A stretch of 60,936 bases of DNA, the filler included, from Nemertoderma westbladi (lineage: Eukaryota; Animalia; Xenacoelomorpha): assembly GCA_032718475.1 (NCBI GenBank). It is 3 parts of 3 records of this genome, joined end to end, with 100 filler letters (N's around TTAATTAATTAA, not from the genome) between each part and the next. Parts side by side here need not be neighbours in the genome. Positions count along the whole stretch, not along the records: positions 24,919 to 49,704 come from JAUCBJ010008003.1; 2 more parts are not named here. One strand, given 5' to 3'. The notes beneath the pieces are model-generated. The model did no database searches and was not told the DNA's origin. It saw nothing but the letters and a program-made list of their open reading frames with translations. Positions 26,038 to 36,169 of this stretch are shown here, in pieces. The stretch's first letter is position 1; the number at the start of each line of letters is the position of its first letter. The translations under genes and the position numbers were made by a program.

Positions 26038-28256
26038 TGATACGTTACTGTTTGTGTGATACGTACCTGTTTGTGTGATACGTACCTGTTTGTGTGATAC
26101 GTTACTGTTTGTTTGATACGTACCTGTTTGTGTGATACGTACATGTTTGTTTGATACGTACGTGTTTGTTTGATACGTACCTGTTTGTGTGATACGTACC
26201 TGTTTGTGTGATACGTACATGTTTGTTTGATACGTACGTGTTTGTTTGATACGTACCTGTTTGTGTGATACGTACGTGTTTGTTTGATACGTACCTGTTT
26301 GTGTGATACGTACCTGTTTGTGTGATACGTACCTGTTTGTGTGATACGTACCTGTTTGTTTGATACGTACCTGTTTGTTTGATACGTACCTGTTTGTGTG
26401 ATACGTACATGTTTGTTTGATACGTACGTGTTTGTTTGATACGTACCTGTTTGTGTGATACGTACCTGTTTGTGTGATACGTACATGTTTGTTTGATACG
26501 TACGTGTTTGTTTGATACGTACCTGTTTGTGTGATACGTACCTGTTTGTGTGATACGTACCTGTTTGTGTGATACGTATCTGTCTGTGTGATACGTACCT
26601 GTTTGTGTGATACGTACCTGTTTGTGTGATACGTACCTGTTTGTTTGATACGTACCTGTTTGTTTGATACGTAACTGTTTGTTTGATACGTACCTGTTTG
26701 TGTGATACGTACCTGTTTGTGTGATACGTACCTGTTTGTGTGATACGTACCTGTTTGTTTGATACGTACCTGTTTGTTTGATACGTACCTGTTTGTGTGA
26801 TACGTACCTGTTTGTGTGATACGTACCTGTTTGTGTGATACGTACCTGTTTGTGTGATACGTACCTGTCTGTGTGATACGTACCTGTTTGTGTGATACGT
26901 ACCTGTTTGTGTGATACGTACCTGTTTGTTTGATACGTACCTGTTTGTTTGATACGTAACTGTTTGTTTGATACGTACCTGTTTGTTTGATACGTACCTG
27001 TTTGTTTGATACGTACCTGTTTGTGTGATACGTACCTGTTTGTTTGATACATACCTGTTTGTTTGATACGTACCTGTTTGTGTGATACGTACCTGTTGGT
27101 TTGATACGTACCTGTTTGTGTGATACGTACCTGTTTGTTTTATATGTACCTGTTTGTTTGATACGTACCTGTTTGTTTGATAAGTACCTGTTTGTTTGAT
27201 ACGTACCTGTTTGTGTGATATGTACCTGTTTGTTTGGTACGTACCTGCTTGTTTGATACATACCTGTTTGTTTGATACGTACCTGTTTGTTTGATACGTA
27301 CCTGTTTGTTTGATACGTGCCTGTTTCTGTGATACGTACCTGTTTGTTTGATACGTACCTGTTTGTTTGATACGTACCTGTTTGTTTGATACGTACCTGT
27401 TTGTGTGATACGTACCAGTTTGTTTGATACGTACCTGTTTGTTTGATACGTACCTGTTTGTTTCATACGTACCTGTTTGTTTGATACGTACCTGTTTGTG
27501 TGATACGTACCTGTTTGTGTGATAGGTACCTGTTTGTGTGATACGTACCTGTTTGTGTGATACGTGCCTGTTTGTGTGATACGTACCTGTTTGTGTGATA
27601 CGTACCTGTTTGTTTGATACGTACCTGTTTGTTTCATACGTACCTGTTTGTTTGATACGTACCTGTTTGTTTGATACGTACCTGTTTGTGTGATACGTAC
27701 CTGTTTGTGTGATAGGTACCTGTTTGTGTGATACGTACCTGTTTGTGTGATACGTGCCTGATTGTGTGATACGTACCTGTTTGTGTGATACGTACCTGTT
27801 TGTGTGATACGTACCTGTTTGTTTCATACGTACCTGTTTGTTTGATACGTACCTGTTTGTTTGATACGTACCTGTTTGTGTGATACGTACCTGTTTGTGT
27901 GATAGGTACCTGTTTGTGTGATACGTACCTGTTTGTGTGATACGTGCCTGTTTGTGTGATACGTACCTGTTTGTGTGATACGTACCTGTTTGTGTGATAC
28001 GTACCTGTTTGTTTCATACGTACCTGTTTGTTTGATACGTACCTGTTTGTTTGATAAGTACCTGTTTGTTTGATACGTACCTGTTTGTGTGATATGTACC
28101 TGTTTGTTTGATACGTACCTGTTTGTTTGATACGTACCTGTTTGTGTGATACGTACCTGTTTGTGTGATACGTACCTGTTTGTGTGATACGTACCTGTTT
28201 GTTTGATACGTACCTGTTTGTTTGATACGTACCTGTTTGTGTGATATGTACCTGTT
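26038..28256. repeat. 19-bp satellite (~115 copies) with higher-order structure
   Basis: Unit gatacgtacctgtttgt(g/t)t; variant tttcatacg recurs at ~27461, 27632, 27822 and 28012. Confidence 0.97.
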
Positions 28257-28655
28257 TTAAATTCACTATGTATTTTCTAAGTATGCGCTACGCCTACAGT
28301 AGTGTACACAGTTACAGTAGATACCAGTTGGCATATAGATGATTTATTCATTAACATAAATACGTACCGGGCCATTCTGACGATTCTGCGGGGCCTTTGA
28401 ACATTTGTTTAAACGATTTTTTCAACGAGCTAGGCCTAAAATAGTAACAACGATTATAGATACAACAGCCACTTAAAGGCGGGTAATTTAAACCAAGACG
28501 ACGCAGATTCCTACTGGGAACCACCCGTGTACACAGGCTGAAAGGATGATACTATATATCAGGACACCAAGAAATTGAACAGCTAAGGCGTGAAAATAGT
28601 GATAAAAAGTAGCTAAAATAAAAAAAATAGATAAAATAATTTTGTTCAGAAGTGG

Positions 28656-28760
28656 AAAAAATGAGTAATCACGTCACCGGGGGTTGAACCAGCGCTATAC
28701 GTATGTTTCGGCTTATCAGGCCTCATCAGTAGCGCTAACCAGTTCAGCCACTTGCCCCTG
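28656..28760 (-). ncRNA. tRNA-like Pol III transcription unit hosting a hammerhead ribozyme
   Basis: Minus strand: A box tggctgaactgg (28750-28739) with D-arm gct/agc; B box ggttcaaccc (28690-28681) in a T-arm gctgg/ccggt; TTTTTT terminator (28661-28656); TATA-like aatataag ~25-30 nt upstream. Confidence 0.75.
28691..28736 (-). ncRNA. Minimal type I hammerhead ribozyme
   Basis: agcgcta-CTGATGA-ggc(ctgataa)gcc-GAAA-c(atac)g-TA-tagcgct: complete conserved core, 7-bp stem I, 3-bp stem II, 2-bp stem III, GUA cleavage triplet. Confidence 0.88.
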
Positions 28761-30307
28761 ACATTTGCTCTCCCACCTACACTTATATTGAACAGGCAGT
28801 CTTAAGTCTTACTTTGGGTTTCATACATATATTTATTCATGGTAATTGTTCGTAAATTCACAAGCTTGCAACAATTAATGGACGGATCCATTGCTATCGA
28901 TATTGTTGTTGTAATAAATTACGCGCAATAAATGCCGGGCAGCCTAATAACGAAAAACGCAAAACGAAACAATGGGCAAAGTACACAATAGTAGTATATG
29001 TTAAAAAAACACTGTTTGTAGGAAATGTATTACAATATAATACAATATTACACTGGTCATCATTCCTCATTTACATCCAAGAGGGTCGAAAGAAATTTAA
29101 TAGTAACGCACGGAACTGATAATATGTAAGTATGTAACGCACGGAACTGACAATATGTAACGCATGGAATAACTTTGACGTCCAAATTCGGTACAAAGAA
29201 ACCCGAAAATGATAACACAAACAAATAGGGAGGGATCAAAATGCTCAAAACCCGAACTTTTAAAAGTTTGAAGTCACTAATCCAATTGGAAGAATAAAAA
29301 AAATAAACTTTTGTACAAAAAAAGTAACGCACGGAAAGTAACGCACAGAATCGAACAGGGGGTGCTAGAACTCCTATTTCTAACGGGATACACAAGGAAT
29401 GGATAGTGCAGATCGATTCCTTACCACTCAAAACATGGGGTTTCAAAAAAACCGCACACAAAAAGGACGATTATTAAGCATTTTAATGGAAGTTAATTTG
29501 CACTTCTTAAGATTTTTTTTTGTGGCATGTTGCACGACACATTTTTAAAGTTTATCAAATTTATTGAAGGATCCAATAACGTTAGTTTAAACGCAACAAA
29601 ATATGTGATTTAATATATGCTTTACACAATAGCACAAAAAAAATCGGAAAATTGAAACATTTTTTTGAAGTGAAAAATGTTACACCTTTTCAATAATGCC
29701 CTCTTCTCCTACAATTATAAACGAAATAAAGCGAAATTTTGCTGAAAGCATGTCCAAATGCTCCCTATGGAGTATCTGAATTCTACGATTATGATTGGTC
29801 ATTCTATAATTAATTTAACTGTTGCTAGGCAACCAACAGGTCCCTCGCAACCAAAACCTTGCATACACAATTAGGTCCGATAATAAACCTACTATCATCA
29901 AAGTTTCATCCAATACCATCAACATTAAGTGCAAGAAGTTGTGTGTACAAACAAACACGCGTGAGAAATAAGGACATCCAATTCTTGGATCCATTCATAA
30001 TCCAATTCTTGGATCCGTTCAAAAATAACAATAGTGATGTTCCAGAATAATTGAATTATTGTGCAATCAGCTGTGATTCAATCAGAAATTAATAAAATTT
30101 ACAATTACCTGTCGTGCATTAAATATTATCTCGGTAACTAGACGTAACATACAATTTTATAAATAAATATATCTAAGGTAACTGATGCAGAAATTATGCA
30201 TTTGAACTGAAAGAATGTTTTATCAATAAAACGAACAGACATGATGAATGTGGCGACAATTATAATAAAATTAATATTAAAGTGAAGCACTGACAACCAC
30301 ACAAGTA

Positions 30308-30418
30308 TATAAGTAGTGCGATGCTAAATTGCGAACTTTTTCAAGCACAATAATATTGGAGTTATTATTGTGCTTGAAAAGTTCGCAATTTAGTGTACGA
30401 ATGGTCGCACTACTTATA
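30308..30418. repeat. ~110-nt hairpin
   Basis: taagtagtgcga..ctaaattgcgaactttttcaagcacaataat / attattgtgcttgaaaagttcgcaatttag..tcgcactactta. Confidence 0.8.
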
Positions 30419-30442
30419 TTTGCAGTATTCTACTTGTACTTA

Positions 30443-31239
30443 CTTACTGGTAATAACGGGCCTAGAGACTAGAGTGTAACTTACGGGCCTAGAGACTAGT
30501 GTAACTTACTGATAATAACGGGACTAGAGACTAGAGTGTAACTTACGGGCCTAGAGACTTGTGTAACTTACTGGTAATAACGGGCCTAGAGACTAGAGTG
30601 TAACTTACGGGCCTAGAGACTAGAGTGTAACTTACGGGCCTAGAAACTAGAGTGTAACTTACTGGTAATAACGGGACTAGAGACTAGAGTGTAACTTACG
30701 GGCCTAGAGACTAGAGTGTAACTTAGGGGCCTAGAGACTAGAGTGTAACTTACGGGCCTAGAGACTAGAGTGTAACTTACGGGCCTAGAAACTAGAGTGT
30801 TACTTACTGGTAATAACGGGCCTAGAGACTAGAGTGTAACTAACTGGTAATAACGGGCCTAGAGACTAGAGTGTAACTTACTGGTAATAGCGGGCCTAGA
30901 GACTAGAGTGTAACTTACGGGCCTAGAGACTAGTGTAACTTACTGATAATAACGGGACTAGAGACTAGAGTGTAACTTACGGGCCTAGAGACTAGTGTAA
31001 CTTACTGGAAATAACGCACCTAGAGACTAGAGTGTATCTTACTGGTAATAATGGGCCTAGAGACTAGATTGTAACTTATGGGCCTAGAGACTAGAGTGTA
31101 ACTTACGGGCCTAGAGACTAGAGTGTAACTTACGGGCCTAGAGACTAGAGTGTAACTTACGGGCATAGAGACTAGAGTGTAACTTACGGGTCTAGAGACT
31201 AGAGTGTAACTTACCGGCCTAGAGACTAGTGTAACTTAC
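30443..31239. repeat. 27/37-bp composite minisatellite
   Basis: Core ctagagactagagtgtaacttac separated by gggc or tggtaataacgggc. Confidence 0.95.
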
Positions 31240-34200
31240 GATAATTTATAGGAACTCGACTCTTCGTTGCCTTTGGACGCATTGCTCATCTCATCAATCG
31301 GATTAATATCACGTTGTGGTGGCGGTGGCGTGGTTCGCATTATCGGTATCCCTCTGTTTGAAAAGAAACAGCAAAAGTTTTAGAAATTATCAGTCTTCCA
31401 TATACTGGAGGAAGGGTTGTTGAATAAATTGCGCAATTTCATCTGCGCAGCGCTGATGTGAGGCAGAAACGTTTTCGCACAGCCGAGGTTCAACACCCAG
31501 GGACTTCACTCTATTTTTTATATTTATGTACTTTTTATTTAATATAAAATTAAACAATTTTTACTTACAAGGATAGTGTTTCCTGACGATCACTCTTCGA
31601 TACATCTATAAAATAAACAAACATCTCATTAGTCGCTATAACATTATAATTATTAGGGATAGAGTTCCGTATCGCACTACATTTTTAAAACATATATTAT
31701 TGGTACTATTACAACGTTGAAGAATTCTAGAACCATAGAAAAGTATTATATACTATTTTAGAACATAAACAAATTAAAATATATAATGTTCTAGAACATA
31801 TAGCTAGTTTTTTTTAATTTTTAAAAGCTAGTAGATTTTAAAAAAATTATTTTTAAATAGATTTCTGAATACATGAATATTGATCCGTATCTATTGAATA
31901 TTAATGTAACTAATTAGATTAATTATCCATTGGGTATTGGCTTTTGTTTGCCTTTAATATCTCATGGAATCAGTTAAGTTTTCCTTTTCTTATCTGTCGC
32001 CTCCACGTTTATTCTGTTAGGTTTTCGGAGAAATTGTCTTCATAGTTTCCGCTCCTCACACAAAGCTCTGGCGTCGTATATTTTCCCAATTTTTATCCGT
32101 ACCTTGTCTTTTAATTTCCTTAATTTGACTTTTGTGCATTTCGCACCCCAAACATTTTTTTACAATTTTTTTAATTACTAGCAATTTTAAATTTGAAAAA
32201 TAATTAGCTACATGTTCTAGAACATTAATTTTTTTATTTTATTTACGTTCTAGAATGGTGTATAATAATTACATTTTGTTCTAGAACTCTACAATGTTGC
32301 CATGGTAACAATGACTTATGTTATAAAATTGTAGTGCTATACTAAACGTCGGCACCACTGTGGAGTGGGTCACCATTTTAATTTTTTTTTATTGTGTATT
32401 TTAACCGATATTATAAGTGTACTAAGTTTATTTAAATATTGTTTCCAACTACAACACAATTCTAGAACGTTTATATTCATTTCATATTTTAAAGATTCAT
32501 TTGTGTTTTTTGACATTATGAGTAGAAACATTCAAAGACATTTATATTCGAGACAGTCCACTGATTTAAATATTATAGAAATTTCCCAAAATTTAAAAGA
32601 TGAGGGGAGTGCGATAACATTTGCACAATCCTGTGGCCTGTTACCCATACCCACTAGTAAAAGTTCTTGCAAACATGTTGGTTGTAGCTACTCTGCCCAC
32701 ATTTTTAGACGTACAAAACACGGAGGTACTTGTCTAATGTGGCGTTGCAAAGGGCCACAAAGACACCAATTATCGGCAAGAAACGGGACGTGGTTTGGTG
32801 CATCTAAACTACTAGTATCCCAGATTCTATGGATTACGTTTATGTTTCTTCAAGACATTACTTTGAACACAGCACACCTGATGCTCAATGGAATGATCGG
32901 AGGAATCAACGACCATACATTCGTTGATTGGCATAATTTCATTCGGGAACTAATGAATAGTGACATGCATAACGCTGAGCCAATGGGGGGAGTTGGGATG
33001 ACAGTCCAGATCGACGAATCGATCTTTCGCGGTAAGCGTAAGTATAATCGTGGGAGGAAGCTGCTCGGGGATGTAACAAGAAGGAGAAAGATCTACAATA
33101 AACGAGTCAAAAAGATCTACAATAAACGAGTCGGTCAATTCAATACATCGGCAAGGAATTATGGTAAACGGGTAAATGGACCGTGGATTTTCGGAATTGT
33201 ATGTAAATCCCCAGGTGGCCAAGTGGATGTCCGATTGTTTTATGTTCAACGTCGAAACATGCTGACCTTACGCCCAATAGTGGAAGCCAACGTTAAAGGA
33301 GGGACCCTAATCCATAGTGACGAGTGGGCCGCTTACTGTGGTAAGACTGTGGGAATCACTAGCAAGACAAGGCCATGGAGGGCCCTCGATGGCAGCGGCA
33401 AGTATTTACACGAAAGTGTGAACCATAGTATCAAAGGCCGATTTGTGAACATTGTCACGGGCGCCCATACGCAGCGGATTGAAGGAATATGGTCCCACGC
33501 CAAAACAACGATCATGAGGAAAAAGAGGGGAACGAAGAACTTGTTGCTCGAAAACCATCTCGCCGAGTTTCGTTGGAGGATGCTGCACAAAGTTTCTCCA
33601 TTTACTGATTTAATCGATTTAATCAAGAAATCATTCCCTACACAGTGACTCAAGCAACATTTCAAATTCACTTATTCTAATAAACAAAACTAATGTTTAT
33701 AGTGTGTGTAAAAAATAGTAAATATATAATTGTATAAAATTAAAAAATAAATGGTGACCCACTCCACAGTGGTGCCCTAAACGTCTAGAGTTCCATATGC
33801 AGTCGCATTTTTGATATTTTGATATTAATGAATGAAATGATGTACTTATTGCGTAGTAATATCACCATTGACTTCATTGCAACATTAAAAAAAATATTGT
33901 GTTCTAGAACATTAGCTAATCGACTTGCTAGTACTTTTTCAAAACATGATTTATTATATATAAATTTTTTTTTGAAATTTCAAAAAATACTGCAATTTTT
34001 TTGTGTTCTAGAACATTAGTAGACATGTTTTTTTATGGTAGCTAGTGTTTTTTACTAGCTAGTATTTTTTGTAATTATAAAAAAATGTGAAAACATTGAT
34101 ATTTCAGGTTTAAACTGTTGCAGAATATATTAATGACCAAAAATATTGATGATATTATAGCATTTTACATTTTTGCATGGTAACAATGATTTATGTTACA

Positions 34201-34689
34201 GTATAAAAATGTAGGTTTTTTTTAATTACCGGTACTAGCCATTATAAATTTGAAAAATGACTAGCTATATTTTCTAGAACATTATATTATTTATTTTATT
34301 TATGTTCTAGAACTCTACAATGTTGCCATGGGTTACAATGATTTATGTTATACAAATGTAGTGCTATATGTAATATAAATATACTATTGAAAATGAAATT
34401 TTCATTGAAAAAGTTATTGTAGAAACTAAAATTAGCTAATGATTGTGTTCTAGAACACAATATTTTTTTGAAAAATGTTGTGAGGAAGTCAACGATGGTG
34501 ATTTAGTTCTAAATTAGACATAATATATGCCTATATATTTCATAAAAAATTTTTAGAAAATGCGACTGCATACGGAACTGTTCCCTACGAAACGTTACCA
34601 AATATAATTCGAGGAGGTGAACGCATACTGCACTAGTATCCGCGAGTTAGTTTCCGTGATTAGTAAGTAAAATATTTCCTACCTGACAT
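31240..34689 (-). CDS. Putative 5' part of an unidentified spliced gene (coding segments 34689-34683, 31605-31569, 31353-31240)
   Basis: Canonical yag/gt(a)ag sites; the joined exons read open as MSDVSKSDRQETLSLGIPIMRTTPPPPQRDINPIDEMSNASKGNEESSSYKLS; no homology recognised. Confidence 0.35.
32351..33776 (+). mobile_element. Full-length Merlin (IS1595/IS1016-like) DNA transposon
   Basis: Perfect 28-bp TIRs ggcaccactgtggagtgggtcaccattt; 9-bp TSD ctaaacgtc (32342-32350 / 33777-33785). Confidence 0.95.
32518..33648 (+). CDS. ISXO2-like DDE transposase (Merlin)
   Basis: Likely start ATG 32518 (MSRNIQ); N-terminal Cys motif; VQIDES, IHSDEW and HTQRIEGIWS catalytic motifs; RGKRKYNRGR; no stops. 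Confidence 0.93.
   Translation: MSRNIQRHLYSRQSTDLNIIEISQNLKDEGSAITFAQSCGLLPIPTSKSSCKHVGCSYSAHIFRRTKHGGTCLMWRCKGPQRHQLSARNGTWFGASKLLVSQILWITFMFLQDITLNTAHLMLNGMIGGINDHTFVDWHNFIRELMNSDMHNAEPMGGVGMTVQIDESIFRGKRKYNRGRKLLGDVTRRRKIYNKRVKKIYNKRVGQFNTSARNYGKRVNGPWIFGIVCKSPGGQVDVRLFYVQRRNMLTLRPIVEANVKGGTLIHSDEWAAYCGKTVGITSKTRPWRALDGSGKYLHESVNHSIKGRFVNIVTGAHTQRIEGIWSHAKTTIMRKKRGTKNLLLENHLAEFRWRMLHKVSPFTDLIDLIKKSFPTQ
33788..34580. mobile_element. MITE with agttccgtatgcagtcgcattt TIRs
   Basis: TIR pair at both ends; paralogous to 36170-38848. Confidence 0.75.
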
Positions 34690-34919
34690 GATTTCTCACG
34701 CTGCTGCTGTTGCCGATTCGCTGAAACACTAATCTATCACAGAAGGGATGTTAATACTCCTGTCGATATTTGTAAAGATTACAAAGTGTTGGCGGCATTA
34801 CTATGTTATGGATACCCACTTTTTGTGGGGGGTACCCATAACATAATAAATAGTGCCGTGTTGGCTAGAAAAAATTCCGTAATATATAAACGGCTCATAG
34901 CGTACTCTATTTGCTAGCG

Positions 34920-35815
34920 TGCAGCCTTCATAATTTATGGAGGCTGGATTATAACTGTACTGTGCTGTAATTATACTAGTAGAACTGTAAACTATAATTG
35001 TACTGTGTGTGTGCAGGCATTGGGAGAGTTATATACATTTTCATTTGTTGCAATTTGGTCAACGGACGTAATTGAAAACTCCTCGTTTTAAGCAAGATAC
35101 TAAATTTTATGGTAGCTAGTGTTTTAGGTAGGTTTAGCTAGTAATTTCAACACTGGTTCCGACATCCTACTTCCCTCTATAAATATTTTTTAGTAGCTAG
35201 TTTTTATTACTATTTGTATAGAAAATGTTCCAGAAGATATTAGCTATTCATTTTTAAAAAAAATGTTCTAGAACGAATATTTATTGTTCTAGAACATTAA
35301 AAAAAAATCTGGATTCGATTTAAAACGTATGGAATCGTCCTAAAATGTGTTTAAGATCAATAACATAAATTGTGAAAAAAGATATTGTGAAAAAATTTAT
35401 TTGAAAAAAAAAAAATTTTGAAATTTTTTTTTATTGATTTTAAACACGTTAGAACGATTCCATGCGTTTTAAATCGAATCGAGCTTTTTTTCTAAAAAAT
35501 GTTCTAGAACAAAAAATATTTGTTCAAGAACATATTTTTTTTTTAAAAATGAATAGCTAACATGTTCTGGAACATTTTCTATACAAATAGAAATAAGAAC
35601 TATCTACTATAATATATTTATAGAAGGAAGTAGGATAAAACACTAGCTATCATAAAATTTAGTATCTTGCTTAAAACGAGGAGGCTTCAATTACGTCCGT
35701 TGACCAAATTGCAACAAATGAAAATTTATAGAACTCTCCCCATGCCTGCACACACGCAGTACAGCAGCACGCTACCGCTTATATAATCCAGCCTCCATAA
35801 ATTATGAAGGCTGCA
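34920..35815. mobile_element. Near-fully palindromic MITE
   Basis: gcagccttcataatttatggaggctggattata / tataatccagcctccataaattatgaaggctgc, with pairing extending inward ~400 bp. Confidence 0.85.
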
Positions 35816-36130
35816 TAGATGGTGTTCCCCCTGAGGTCTTTAAAATACCTGAGTGTTTAAAGCTCATCTATCCCATCATAGTAGACAATTAGACATGTAC
35901 CGAACAACAAGAGTCCCACAAGAAATGAAAACAAATAAGTTGGTGCCAGTTCCCAAGAAGGGCAACCTAACACTCTATGGTTCTTTTCGGGGAATCTCAT
36001 TGATCTTGATTGCTGCAAAGCTATACAATTTATGGGTGATAGGGAGTTGTGGCGGCGCAATTTTGTCGACAAGCCGGCACAGCATTCTTAAAAATGCAGC
36101 TGCAATGCAGCATGCCTATACTAGTAGTAT
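35816..36130 (+). mobile_element. Internally deleted RTE-like LINE fragment
   Basis: DGVPPEVFK and LVPVPKKGNL..FRGISL..AAKLYN joined directly to the 3' tail sequence. Confidence 0.75.
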
Positions 36131-36169
36131 GCTTGCAAGGCCTTTAATAGAGTACGCTATGAAACTGCT

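Noticed and set aside
25924-28266. Long minus-strand ORFs (up to 613 aa)
   Set aside because: By-products of a stop-free 19-bp satellite; the same peptide appears in all three frames
28430-28545. Penelope GIY-YIG C-terminus-like peptide (NLNQDD...PPVY) near the hammerhead
   Set aside because: Very short, weak similarity and on the opposite strand to the ribozyme; not supportable without a profile search
32365-32517. Hydrophobic N-terminal extension of the transposase
   Set aside because: Starts at a GTG inside the TIR; the first ATG at 32518 is the plausible start
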